Shown here: one piece after another, positions 1-12,934 of the stretch | Layout of the letters: the number at the start of each line of letters is the position of its first letter | Numbering within the stretch: position 1 is the first letter of the stretch | Origin: Sphyrna mokarran | Taxonomy: Eukaryota | Length of the DNA stretch: 64,000 nt | Assembly: GCA_024679065.1 (NCBI GenBank) | Contig: JAGIQG010000008.1 | Coordinates: 47,244,001-47,308,000, forward strand | Reading direction: 5' to 3' | Program-made: the position numbers and the translations under genes | The notes under the pieces: generated by a model | What the model was told of the DNA's origin: nothing | The model's database searches: none | What the model saw: the letters and a program-made list of their open reading frames with translations, nothing else

Positions 1-729
1 TTAAGTTTCAGGCCTGGGTTGGCCACCACGCTCACTGGAATCAACCCTACGCTGGAAGACCCACATAGCAAGTGGCACAACTCTGTTTTCTTCTTCAGGT
101 CTGGGACTGAAGAGCAGAAGATGCAAACGCTCTCCAGACAGGTACATTCCAATTGTGATAACATTTGGCCAACTAAAGTACAATTGTTACTGATCACACT
201 GGCATGTCCAATGGCATCTTTGGTTGATTAGGATGTCCTCCTAGTACTATCCAATATTGATTATTAGTCCAACTTGCATACATTTTATCTATTGTCTGGT
301 TTGTTTTAGGAAGGAAAGGCTCACCGCATTAACTAACCACCAAAGTGAGTGACATTCAACTATCTGCTTCGCTGGGTGTGCAGGTACAGAAGGTGGGCAC
401 AGAATACAATTGAAAAATTGTCCTTGTTCAGAGCAAGGTAAACATAACAAATGCAATGGATTGAAAGGAACAGAGAATGGATTACATTAGAGCAAACCGA
501 GGACAATAAAATTTCACACTGATTATTGCTCAGGTGGAACTGTCTTATCCGCACACAGGAACAAAAAGTTCACAGTTACATACAAAAACTGCAAAGTCAT
601 TAGAAGTTCAAGGAGTCCCTCAATTAAACAATTTTTTTAAATTGCAAATTCCCCTCCATTCTTCCTCTTTCACAAATCATTCACAAGCATGCACTTAATT
701 TCAAAATCATGAAATGGACTGGGCCTTAT

Positions 730-1070
730 TACTAGAATTATCATAGTGTTGAAGAGGCCTTTTGATCCATTGAGTCTGCACTGACACATGAGAAACACCT
801 GAACTCCCATCTACCAGTATTTAGCCGATAACTTTGAATGTTATGACATGCCAAGTACTCTTGCAGGTACTTTTTAAAGGATGTGAGGCAATATGCCTTT
901 ACCAACCTGCCAGGCAACACATTCCAGACTGTTACTACCCTCTGGGTAAGAAAGTTCTTCCTCTCATCCCCTCTAAATTTTCAGTCCATCATCTCGAATC
1001 CTTGTTCCCCTTGCAACTGATCCCTCAACTAAAGAGAGCAGCAGCTCCTTATCCACTCTGTCCATGTCCC
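730..1070 (-). mobile_element. CR1 3' end fragment
   Basis: cattccagactgttactaccctctgggtaagaaagttcttcctc is antisense FFTQRVV/WN.LP; tail near 735. Confidence 0.75.
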
Positions 1071-2324
1071 GCATTAAGATTCTAATCTGGCAACATAAGC
1101 TACAATTCAAGTAGGAAAATTCCTGCGTCTTCCTGATTTAATTAAAAAGCTAAATTTAAAAAAGAAAGAAAATCAAAATGACAAGTGGTTTAGAGTATAG
1201 CCACACAAGCTCCTATTTGGGAATCCAATGTTCAAACCAGTTTGAATGTTTTACCTGCATTCAACTAAACCATTTGTCTTCACTGCTTACTAAACAAGTT
1301 TGGTCTACAAGTTGGGCCAGCATGTGCGCCACAGATTTTACAATAATGTTGCAACTCTGAGATTTGAGTTTGCAAATAGTCATTTTTAACAATCCTCTTG
1401 ATAGAGGAAATGGGTTACAAGGGAAGAGAGTTTGGATTGTTTCAATCAGTTTCTTGTTTGCAACTGAATCTAAATAAAATAAATTCTACATTTTTATTAT
1501 TGCCAACAAAGGAGGCCAAACAATAAGTTCCTATTATTTGATTTTTGCAAGATATGTGAAAATAAGTTTTTGCAAAAATAACTTCCAGGAAATGACTGCA
1601 TATGACAATATAAATGTCAGGGAAAAAGATAAATCATACAGCTGGTTGATAGAATCTTTGTTTGAAGAATACAATAAACATGGGTAATATACTAAGTAGC
1701 AAAAACACTGTGATAGACGACACTCATTAGCAGCATTTGATCGCCGCGCAGTAGAGAACAAGAAAAATTCCCAACTGAGTCCTGTCACTTCTCGAACCAC
1801 AGAAAACACACACAGAATTTGGCAGGAATGAAATATAGATGTTATAGTAACAACTACAATATAACCCCACAAATAACAGAAATATAATTTAACTCCAACT
1901 GTGTATATGTTAACACAAATTTCAGTTCTGGGGGCAGCTTCTATGTGTAAGTTCCAGATCTGTTAAAGTTTACAGTGAGAGTAACAATTTACAATAAACC
2001 ATGAAGTATACCAGATTAAGAACAGTACTGTGCTTTTAATTACCATTCTGCATTAAAGGGATCGCATATAGCTTTCCAGAGTAACTGAAAATCACAGAGT
2101 TCGAGAAATATATCAATGCTGCTTACTTTATAAAAGGGCCACTAATCCTGAAATACTTCATACACATAGAACCAATCCCTATGAAATGAACTCACATAAT
2201 ATGATCACCAGTAAAGTATAATGATGGATCTGATATTGCATAAGATTTTCATAGATTTGTTCAAATATACATGCTCTACTGTTTTAAAACAGAAGTAGCA
2301 ACACAATGAATGACTGTATTAAGA

Positions 2325-2670
2325 GGACATATGAACATAGGAATTACAAGTAGGCCACCTGGCCCATATTTTTCTGCCATTCAATAAGATCACGGCTGAT
2401 CTGATGATAGTCTCAACTCCTAATTCTGTCTGCATCCCATGTCCTTTTATCCCCTTTTTAATCAAGAATCTATATAGCTCAGCCTTAAATGTATTCCAAG
2501 ATTATGCTTCTGCTGTCTTTTGAGGAACAGGAATCTCGGAGACTCTCAACCTCATGAGAAAAAAATTCCCTTATCACCATCTTAAATGGGTGATCCCTTA
2601 TTTTCAAGCAGTGACCCTTAGTTCTAAATTCTCCAAGATGAAACACCACCCAGTCATTAACGCTCAGGAT
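2325..2670 (-). mobile_element. CR1 3' end fragment
   Basis: acatatgaacataggaatt...gccattcaataagatcacggctgatctg...ctcagccttaaatgtattc. Confidence 0.75.
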
Positions 2671-2749
2671 CTTTGCTGGAGAGACTGCATCAATATGTCA
2701 CAATCTTAAGAACAAAAGATAGACGATTTGATGCAAAGAGGGGGAAGTG

Positions 2750-3290
2750 GATCATCCTTCTACCAACTCCAACATGATGCCACCATGAAACACATCCTTC
2801 CCTCATCCGCCACTGTCAAAATTTCGCAGGGACCCCTCCATCTCTGACACGCTAGTCTACTCTTCCATTGTATGCAATTCCTTATCCACTTCCCATGATC
2901 TTCCTTTGCTATCGCAGAAGGTACAACATGTACCCTTTTATCGCCTCACCATTCAAGGCCCCACTTTTTTCAGTTTTCATTGTTTCAGCATTTCATTTGC
3001 ACTTCCTTCAAGGTCTATTTCGACGCTCCAAATAAGGTCTCTTCTATCGCAGGGAGAACAAACCCTGACTGGGTGACTGCTTTGCAGAATACTTCCATTC
3101 AGTGTGCAAGCTTGACCAAACCTTCTTGTTGCTTAGCATCTTAACTCAGCACCTTGCTCTCATGCCCACATGTCCATCTTTGGCCTGCAACGCTCCAGCG
3201 AAGCCCAACACAAGCTGGAGGAACAGAATCTTATCTTCCAATTAGGCATGTTATAGCCCGCAGGACTCAACATCAAGTTCAACAACTTTA
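2750..3290 (+). mobile_element. Penelope-like element, GIY-YIG endonuclease end
   Basis: Degenerate GE.K..LGDCFAE, EAQHKLEEQNLIFQLGML.PAGLNIKFNNF. Confidence 0.85.
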
Positions 3291-4695
3291 AACAGAGAGC
3301 GTTCTCCTCCACCATAAACCCTTTCTAAAAAAAAATCCCTTACATTTATCGTCTCAATGCAAAATCACCCCCAACGCAGGCAACCAGGCCATCTTACTCT
3401 TACTCTTAAAGTTCTCTCATCTTATTGTAATCTTTCCCAAATACAGTTTAACATCCAATACATTTTTCCATTCTCCCTCCCCTTGGAATTTTTCTCTCAT
3501 TGGAATGTGTCTATTATGTGTATTCTGAAATATCTCTAAACATCTGCCACTGAACCTCTGTTGGTCTATCCCTGAAGCACATTTGCTAGTTCATTCTAGA
3601 AAACTTTGCTTTCATGCTCTTGTAATTGCCCTTATTTAAGTTTAAAATCCTAGTCTTGGAAATATTCTTCTCTCTCTTAAAATGATTGATTTTACATTCA
3701 GTTTATAATAGGAGAATGCCACTTAGCACCCTCACCCCCCGAGTTTGCTCCAGGGTTCAGTAACATCAGAGTGGATCTGTATCTTAACTTCATTTTCCAG
3801 TCTTTGTTCCCTATCCCAATACCGTTAGCTAACAAGAATATATCAATCACAACCTCATCAAATTCTTTAAACATTTTACACAGTTTGCTCAATTGTCTAT
3901 TAACCAGGGAATTCAAGCCAAGTTTACACAACCCATCATCATAATTCAGAACTTTGACTCCCATCCCCCGGACATTCTGTTGAATCTGCAATTTTCGATC
4001 AGTAACTGAGCTGAATGTCTCCTAAATATCATTAAATTCAACCACTGTAAATAGATCACATGATTAATTAGAGACCATTGGCTTTCCTTCAGAGAGGTAG
4101 TGAGTAGTAAATCCTTAGCTTGTTGTGAAGTCAAAAGGAACTAAACGTAAAGTGACTGGCTTTTCTTGTGTTTAAAAATATTTGCTAGAGAAAGACATGC
4201 AGCAGAAAGACAGGAAGAGGGAGAAGAAGGGAAAAAAAGACAGATTGCTGAACTATGAAAATTGCACTGTTTTGTCCTTCAATCTTGGTTTATGTTAAGA
4301 ACGAACCTTTCAAGTCATATTACACTACAAAAATGCACAAATCACTTTAGGTCTGTTACTGCAGGTGAGGTTGTAGGCTTAATACAAAGTGATGACTTGG
4401 AGCTCAGTCTCATTTCTAATATGAATTGTGTATTTTTATTTCTCCATCAATGGATTTTGAGACTTAGCCAGCCAGTGGTCACCATGTTTGCTGCTTTGCT
4501 TAATTAAACTGACTACGGTCCTAAAACAAACTTAACGTTGAGACATGAATTCATGTCATTTCAGGTGGTGCAGGAGAGAGGTTGAAAATGAACTAACTGT
4601 ATCTAAAGCAGCCTGATAATGAATTCCAACTGGCAATGTTCATAGATGACAGACATTAATATCCTAGTTTTGAGGGGGTAGATGCAAATATCTGT

Positions 4696-5000
4696 GCCAG
4701 CTTGGTGGCACACTGGTTAGCACTGCTGGCTCACAGCTCCATGGACATAGGTTCGACTCCTAGCTTGGGATCAACGTGTGTGTACCGTGACTGTAACTGT
4801 GTGCGTTTCCTCCCACAGATCAAAATGTATGAGTTAGGTGCATTGGCCAGACTAAATTCCCCCTTAGTGTCCTGGGATGCATAGGTTACAGGAATTAGCG
4901 AAGGAAATACATGGGGTTATGGGGATAAAGCCTAAGTGAGATTGCTGCCAGTGCAGACTCAATAGGCTGAATGGCCTTCTGCAATGTAGGGTTTCTATGA
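4696..5000 (+). mobile_element. HE1-type V-SINE
   Basis: tRNA-like A/B boxes (tggcacactgg, ggttcgactcc), V-domain, CR1-derived tail ending ttctatga. Confidence 0.88.
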
Positions 5001-6475
5001 TAATTGTTTGGGATTGCCAGTCTGTATATCAGGAAATTTAACCTTGCTCTGTACCGGTGTAAATATTATACCAGGAACTTTTGTCAGGCCAACTTTCACA
5101 TTTGAATCCTATTTTGATTGACATATTTGTTTTATTGAGATAGTACCCATTTGATCACACCTTCTCACTACTATCTTCAAAGTCTAATTCTGAGGTTGCA
5201 TAATTGATGGCAGAATTTAATGCACAGGTTCCACCACCAGGTGCAGTACCAGTGGGGAATCATTGTCACATTTGAGCGGGAGCCAAACTGGGTTTACTAG
5301 CATTGGATCTTCTCCCAGAATTCAGGATCCTAGAGATGGAAATCAGGCCCTGAGAGCTCTTGGCCAGACACTGGCAGCTCTGCACAACAGGTAGTGCCAC
5401 TCGGAGTAGTGGCTGCTACTGGTAATTCACCTAGGGAAAGGATGAGGGTTGCTGATGGACCCAGGTTATTGGGAGGAGGGGGCAGGGGAAACTTTTCAGT
5501 GCACCCCGCACTCCCACATGTGGAGACCACATGTGGGCCATCAGGTTTCTAAGTGTAACCCAGGAGACATTTTATTTATCACTGACCTCGGGAAGAGTTG
5601 CCATATTCCATTGGTTTCAATTTGCATAGTTTGTTTCCTACCTGCATTACTAAAGTGATTTGCATGTAAAGCAAGAGCAAGTGAAATGAGGTGCATGCTA
5701 GTTACACAAGTCAGCTGTGGAGCTGTGTACTCCATCTGCATCCAATCAAAGCATTCGTTTTGTTTTTAACAAAACGTTGATGGTTTTAATATATGATAAA
5801 GCATTTTCTATAGCTCGTGAAGAAACATATGGCATTCATTAAATCTATTCAACCTTATTCATGGTATCTGGCAATTTCAATCTTGCAGCCCACTGAGACG
5901 AAGTAGAATCGCTTATTGCCCTTTGTTGCCTATCACTGCTCTTGAGGAATGGGAACGCCATGTCTTTTGCATGTAATCCCTGAGCCACCACCAAATTGGA
6001 GTGGCTTCTGAAATAATGGTGCCAAATGGTTTAATAATGAGCCTGATTTATCCTTACTGACTAATCAAGTTGCAAACACAGGCCTATTTCTATCTCCACT
6101 GGGAATTTTTGCTGCCAACAGAAGATTGATATATGGTCTGCCCATTCCCTCCATTAAATCCAGCTCCAACTTTCTTTAACGAACATCTGACGTATTCATG
6201 CAGTCCATAAGATGAAGAATTGCGAGCATTTTTTGAATGTCTAGCTTCATGTATGATCTTTTCCTCACAGGCATGTGTCCTAATCATGAGAATTATTTAA
6301 GTTCAGAGTTGTTTGGTTATTTTGATAGTAAAATTTACAATAATATTTATAACTAGCCTTTATGTGGATTTTTCTTTAATCAATTAACCCGCTTCATAGT
6401 TTACACCCCAATATGTATTGGGGTTACACCATAGTTACACCCCCAATTTGCTATGTTACCATGAGGAGGTCAGGA

Positions 6476-6686
6476 ATTTTATTTCGTTTATTTCATTCTC
6501 AAGGTTACAAAGCCAATGTGCAAAGTAGATCAGGCAGTCCTGAATCCATCTCCTTGCTTGCTCCAAATTCACACTGAATTCAATTCATGGTCTCTACAGG
6601 GAGACATAAAGATCCAAGCTGACAAGAGAATCCTTTGCACCTGATCTTGGGCTTGATCTGATGTTTGATCTTAGCCAAAAGGCTGA
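6476..6686 (-). pseudogene. Diverged, internally rearranged U2 snRNA-derived element (pseudogene or U2-derived SINE)
   Basis: Minus strand TCAGCCTTTTGGCTAAGATCAA matches the U2 5' region TCGGCCTTTTGGCTAAGATCAA at 21/22; downstream CTCTTGTCAGCTT, GTCTC..GAGAC stem and ATTTGGAGCA..GGAGATGGA are colinear with U2; A-rich tail. Confidence 0.8.
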
Positions 6687-7209
6687 CTGCCTGTGTATTA
6701 ATTCATCAGCAAGATGTAGGTTCACTCCTCACTCCAAATTTCTTACGTTATCAGGTAATCTAGAAACACACTTGTACTTTCATTCATTGGGTCTAAAGGT
6801 TTTTACACAATAAGAAAAAGTAATTTATAGTAACCTAAAGCATAGGAATATTAAAGTAGGCAATAATAAAATTAAAAAAATAAAATTAATGTTACATTAA
6901 GGCAAACTGTTTTAAGGATCATTTTTGCTGTCCTTTATTGGTATCAACAGATTAGGTAGCATTGTCACTGGACATATTTAAATATGCTTCCACTAAAATG
7001 GCACAGTGGAATACTGCATCGGTCTCTGAATTAAAGCCAAGCTAATGGAATGAATACCCTCTGTCTACTTGCTGTCACAATGCTATACCAAACAGCAGTG
7101 CAGTCTCAATTCAGTGCACTGTTGGCACAGGCACAAAGCATGATGATGTCAAATCTGCAATGTCACTCTGAGAAGCTGAAGTATAGCTAGTGGGAAAATG
7201 GAAAATATT

Positions 7210-7353
7210 ATTTGAAGCAGAATAGAGGGTTGATCAGGAACGCACCACTGGGGCCTCGGTGCAACACGTCACCCTAAAGGCAGCACATCTGACAATGCAG
7301 TGCTTCCTTAGTACTGCACTGGAGCCTTGGTTTCTAGCTCAAGCTTTCAAGTG
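7210..7353 (-). mobile_element. DeuSINE/SacSINE-like SINE fragment, continues at 8314-8350
   Basis: gacaatgcagtgcttccttagtactgcactggag...gctcaag|...gtgggactt...aaccttatga..agaggc is the reverse complement of the DeuSINE head. Confidence 0.65.
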
Positions 7354-8313
7354 TGTCATGGCCAGAGGACATGAAGGAAAATACATGTGTCTGCATCATC
7401 CTGGCTATTTGATGAAATTGTATACTTTTTTTTTTAAAAGAGGTTAAATTGTTCAACAGATAAAATGGCTGCAAGAGACCACACAATGGTACTTCTGGAG
7501 ATATCTAAGCAATTGGAAAATGGACAACTCCGTCCATGTTACCCAGTCAGTAAAAGTTACAGCTGAAAAGGAAGTAGGACAACTTCTTAGCTAGGCTGCA
7601 GGACACTGGAATCTCTGCACAAATTATTCTACTGCTGAAGTCAAGTGTGACTGGAATCACAAATCTCAGTGACTGCAAGGTTTCAGCATCAACTCCTCAC
7701 AGATAAGTCAAAGACTGATTTATAAAAAAATGTCTTTTTTTAAAAACTTACTTTTGGACTCAATTCTCATTTCTAATCTCTGTGAATGTACGTGCACGTA
7801 CCTCATTATTGTTCTCATGTTTAGTAGCTAATAAACTCACTCTACTTTAGAAAGCCTGGTCAAGTTTGCTCCTTTTAAAAAATAAATTTGTTGGGACTTG
7901 AATCATTTTTGAAGTCATCTTGTTGTGACCCAGGGAGGGCTTGAAGAAAGAAAAGGATCCAGTCCATCCCTCCTCAGCCTGGGTCATAACTGTTCAGCAT
8001 AAATCTGAAATTTTATGAGCTGAGAGACCTCATTCAGAACAACAAATTTGGGGAAACTTGCTCTTGGGGACTGGTCGTAACAATTATGAACCACTTTCCC
8101 GCGTTTTGTGTGTGTATAAACTAATCCTCTTTTTTTAAAACCTTATCTCAAGTTTGCTATGGGATTATTAATAAAGGATTGGATCACTCCAAAACTGAAG
8201 GGTCAGAAAATATATGCACCACTGATAAATAGAGAAATCAAAAATACCTTTCAGTTTATGGTTGGCTGCTGAGAGGATCAATCTTTAAATGAATCCCCCC
8301 CCTATCCATAATA
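7354..8313 (+). mobile_element. Compound LTR-like insertion (solo LTR with nested LTR pieces) inserted into a DeuSINE
   Basis: Starts TGTCATGGCCAG; internal LTR-like ends GGGTCATAAC (7990) and CTGGTCGTAACA (8082); ends CATAATA; flanked by AGTG direct repeats (7350-7353 and 8314-8317); SINE sequence resumes after it. Confidence 0.6.
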
Positions 8314-8898
8314 AGTGGGACTTCAGCCTGAACCTTATGATTAAGAGGCAATTGGAGTCCATTTTTATTGGCACAGGTAAGAGGATACATCAGGGATGTA
8401 ATGCTGACAGAAAAGGTTGGGGCAGGAGAGAGGGAGGATCAGGTGCAGCAGTGAGATAGAGTGAATCCGAAGAGAGGGTGACGCATAAGAGAGGGTGCAT
8501 CATGGTTGCAGCACTGAAACAGAGAGGAGAATTTTTTCTCCTTAGTCAGACATTTGACATTGATTTGGAACACAAGTCCATCGAATCTGAAACATAAAGA
8601 GTCAATCTGGTTAACTCATACCACCAAGAATCATTACTGCAGTAAAGATTATCTAGTCTGCCACTATCAGTTGGACAACAGGCACAACAACTGAATGAAA
8701 TTTGAAACCCTACATGAGATACATATTCTCCAAGTGGAGATCAATGCTGACTTTTAAAGTACAGCCGCAGACAAAAGGAATAAGTTTGTATGTTTCTAGA
8801 ATACAGAGTCAGTCCAAACTGTTCTGAATAATATGCAAATCTAGATTTCTTATTCTTAATTCTTAATTTATGCAAAAGAATAAATTCTAAAAACTTAC

Positions 8899-9042
8899 GT
8901 TCATCCATCTTTGGGCTTGGGAAGCAGTAAAATTCCTTATGTGTGATAAGATTGGGCAGTCCTCTAAACAGACTTCGACACAGTTTGCATTCAAAGATAG
9001 TGTCTACCTCTCTCAGCAGAACATGTTTCAGTTGTGTAGTTC
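8899..9042 (-). CDS. ZNF800: ZNF800 exon ([48 protein letters not shown]), 144 nt, first C2HC-like zinc finger
   Basis: Matches recalled ZNF800 [28 protein letters not shown]; acceptor cacacag|, donor AAC|gtaagt; phase 1-1. Confidence 0.97.
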
Positions 9043-10391
9043 CTGTGTGCAAGAAGTATCACATACATTCAACAGAAATGTACCAAATAAAAATTCTTAA
9101 AGTAAAGATTTTCATGATTGGATATTTCCATGATTACAATTACATATTGTTTTTTAAGCTTTTCCAAAAAGCAGCATGATTTTTTTTTTAAATTCCTTCA
9201 GCTGAGTTAGAATTCTATGAGATAAAAAATTGAACACACATATATGGAAAAGTTTCATAGTGAAACTGTTAAGCTACAATGCCTTCACACTCTCGATTTG
9301 CATGTCAGCTTGCAACAAAATACTAAGTGCTTAAAATAGCCAGTAACGTTTAAAATGTGCATACAAGACAACGTAAAGTGAAGAAAATGATTGAAGTAAA
9401 ACGAAGCAGTCCGTTGAGTGACACTGATCTGTTCAATTTCATTTCTATTCATGTTGCAGTTAATAAAATGACCTCAACGCTTGAGTTTTGGATTGCGCAA
9501 GACTTCAATCCATGTTTTTGTTCTTGCTTTGCGGGAATGGGGGTGCACACACTCAAAATACTATGGCTTGAATTTTCTGTTCAGCACTGCCTTTCTGAAG
9601 CTTGGTACTGCAGAAATGCCCCTCATAATTCTTGTTAGAAACTTGATGGGAATTTTTGGTAGTGTTCATCAAAACCTTACTGTACTGAACTGATCAGCAA
9701 TTATTAAAATCTGAATTGTGGCACAATGATCTCAAGATCTGCTTTCACTTGTAAGAAGACTTCTTTTGGCAAAATGTCACCATATCATTTCATTTTTGAA
9801 TCACCATTATTATGTATTCTTGTCAAAGTGCAACTAATACTGCCAACAGTTGGTTTTGCATTGGTGCACATTCCCATCTTAAAAACTGTACACCAGATAT
9901 CATATCAGAATGCAGACAAACACAGGCATGAAGGCGCAGAATGAAAACATCATTAGTCGTCCTGCTGGCAAGAGGTAACACTAAATTTACGTGACCACTG
10001 TTCTCATAAACACATATTACAAATAATGAGAATGTCATGGATTTAAGAATGAAGAATTAACACCATATAAGTAATTATGAAAACTTATTCTGTCAGCCAG
10101 AAATACTCCTCTTACTATCTCAACACAGACTAAAAAAACCTGTAAATTATCTGAGTACAATGAGATTATGGTAACAGTCAGAATAAACATCATTCACTAG
10201 AGTCTGATAAAATCTACCTACTTGACTTTACTTATTGTTTTAAGCCATTAAAGAAAGTACATAAGATTATTTTTTCCAATTAAATCTATATTGACTCATC
10301 ATAAGCAGTGAATTATGGAAGTTCAAACTCATTGTACAGACTATGGTATAATATTGCACAACAGAACTGTCAGTAAGCCAGTACTCTGTAC

Positions 10392-10487
10392 CTGTCCGAA
10401 AACACTCAATGATTTGCTGAATTCCCGATTTTGAAGTTGGAAGCTGTTGTTGTAACAAAGGAGGGTCTCCTGGCTCCTGAGTGTATG
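10392..10487 (-). CDS. ZNF800: ZNF800 exon ([33 protein letters not shown]), 96 nt, phase 1-1
   Basis: Near identity to recalled ZNF800 [29 protein letters not shown]; acceptor tttacag|, donor CAG|gtacag. Confidence 0.96.
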
Positions 10488-11672
10488 CTGTAAAGTTGAC
10501 GTATAAGAAGCAAAGGAAAGTGATACTGGGACATTGAAATACAGTTACCACTTCTTGAACACACAAAACAGGATCAAATCTACTTCACATCCAGGGTAAA
10601 AGTACACTGTATGATATAAATAACAAACTTACGAATACATTTCAACAAAGTTCCTTTGTCCGTGATTTCAAAATACAGTTTGCTCCTAATTTCATCCATT
10701 CACCAAACAGGTAGACGAACTTACTACAAACCTAATACCATGCTTGTTTATCACACAGCAAAATTTCACCCTTGCAGGGAGTTCAACATTAAAATGCACT
10801 AGTCTCATAGATAACAAAAATGGTACAACGCTAATAGATATCCCACCATGTTTCACATAGCAAATTAGATGCCACGCTGCTTCAAAATAATAGGAATGTA
10901 ATACTATGCAACACATAATGTGCTGTGTTGCTGCTGGGGTGAAACTGTTTCAGCTGGACTGTTTCTTTAAGGCCATGAAATCTAAATGCTGTTAGTAAAC
11001 ACAGCTGGAGGTCAACCAGAGTCTAACTGCTATCTGCTAAAGGAAGTTCAGATTGGAAAGTATTTATAAATTTCTGCCCCCATGTCAGGGTGGCAGACAG
11101 AACGAAATGATTGTATTTTGAATTATTTTAGCATTTATTGATAACATTTAAATCATTTCTAATAGTAAATTTATTTTAGCTTGTTTCAGATATGTATCAA
11201 GGATGTTACTGCTAAGTGGTTAATGTTCAAAGAAAGCAAAATAATTAAATAAGTAATAGTACAGCAAACCATTGCAAGACAAAAAAGAAAATGTTGCATT
11301 GAGAAGGGAAAGAGAAACAATAAAGATAAAAACGAATAATTGTAATTTTGGACACTACAGTGAATTAAAGTTACTTTTTGATATCTTAATAGGAATTACA
11401 TAAAATTAACATTTGTGGACTAGTGTTTTCCACCAAGTGCCACTTCCATTTAACAATGATAAAGACACAACTGCACTATTTGCCCCAGAACTACTTCCCA
11501 GTGGGTCCCCAAGACACAAGCACATCATGTACTGTACCGTGGAATACATGCCTATTTAAAACTACCTTTTGCTTTAATAGTCAGTTAAGGGAGCCTATAT
11601 CTCATTTAACATTTTAGCATCATTTCCCATCAGTCTGACAGGGCTGCATTGAATAATAACGCTATCCTTGAG

Positions 11673-11850
11673 CAGCTTCTCCCACTTGCCAATTCATGTG
11701 CTCAGCCTCTCCTGCTCCCTCATCTTTTAACTTGCAGGCTCTCCCATTCCCTCACCCTTCAATTTATAGCCTCTCCCACTCCTGCACCCTCCAACGTGCA
11801 GCCTCTCTCCACCTGACCCTCTAACTTGCAGCATCTCCCACTCCCGCACC
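11673..11850. repeat. Degenerate ~32-bp minisatellite (AACTTGCAGCCTCTCCCACTCCCTCACCCTCC-like), about 5-6 units
   Basis: Repeated cagcctctccca/ctcacc units visible directly. Confidence 0.8.
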
Positions 11851-12132
11851 TGTTGTTATTGGAATGTAACTAGTGATAACATTGAATCTGTTGCAGAGAC
11901 CAATGATAACATGCTGCAAGGATCAGCTGACCCAGCAAACTCCGTAGTCAATGACAAAATGATATGGTGGTCAGCTGCTGAGGATTATGGAAGCTTGTAA
12001 TGGTTCAAGATGAGGTCTCGAGTGTTGGAGTAATGATGTTTTTTATTAAACCTTTTTTTGACTTACAAGTTGGAGCATATTTTGTTTCATTTTATTGCCG
12101 ATAACTGAACGGTCCCTTCTGCTGGATCAACA
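11851..12132 (+). mobile_element. Short solo-LTR-like element
   Basis: TGTTG...CAACA terminal inverted ends, ATTAAA near 12045, followed by gTGG; interrupts a CT-rich tandem array; no TSD seen. Confidence 0.45.
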
Positions 12133-12934
12133 GTGGTCTCTTTTCTTCTCTCACCTTGCAAATTGCTCCCTCATCTTTCAACCTGCTCCACTACCGGAAT
12201 CCCCCTCTCACCGATTCCCACTCTTGCAAAACCGCTTAATCATTTCCTTCTCCTAAACTAGTTCAAGATCCCAAAGCTGGAGCTCCAGGGCTGAAAAGTG
12301 CGAATCCTGATGACGCAGCAGTGTCAAACTAGGGCTTTTATAATCCAAATGTTTTTTTTAATTATCGAAGTGCCTCCTCCTGCATCTCACCACTCATTCA
12401 CAGAACCTGATTTTAAAACATGAATTGTAACATCCCCAGCTCAGTACCTGCGTACCATTAAGACTCTCACTTTCACAATCTGAAGCTTCAACATTGGATC
12501 AGGTCCGGATCCTGAACAGAAATGCAGGTTGGGCATGAGGGAGGCCAGGCAAGGAGGAACTTTAGGAAACACAAGAGGGGTTAGGGGGAGGAAGGGTCTG
12601 CTGCAGCCAAGAGAGTCAGAAGTTTGATGTGTTGTGAGCAGAAGGATCAGGAAGCAGGATCAGCAGTGAGTATAAGAAATCACAAGTAGAAGATTACCGT
12701 ACTTTTAAAGTTATTTTGTTTTCAAAGTTATTTAATTTATCAATAAGAATTCAACAATGTAAAATAAATCAACTTGCAAGTTGTAATCTCTTGTTTTTTG
12801 ATAAGGAAGTTCTTACAGAATCTAAATATATCGTTTACACTGGTTTTAATAGGAAAACACAATTGACTCAAATTACTTCACTTAAAAGTTGTGATTTTTG
12901 GGGACACAACTAAAAAAGTTTAAAGTGGACTTAC

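Noticed and set aside
1-243. Overlapping ORFs at the window start as the large ZNF800 zinc-finger exon
   Set aside because: No frame resembles the expected D.KQSQAINDLLEAIYP start and there is no good acceptor; the exon lies outside the window
5850-6290. Coding-looking minus-strand stretch (ORF 6090-6287) as a ZNF800 exon
   Set aside because: No similarity to ZNF800, stops in all frames, no pyrimidine tract; possibly an unrecognisable TE relic
8741-9052. 103-aa ORF as a standalone gene
   Set aside because: Only 9042-8899 is exon; the rest is read-through into intron past a GTAAGT donor
10633-10685. Possible poison exon ending TTC|gtaagt
   Set aside because: Strong donor, but the acceptor lacks a pyrimidine tract
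11673-11850. CRISPR-like ~32-bp periodicity
   Set aside because: Adjacent degenerate tandem units with no unique spacers, in vertebrate intron DNA
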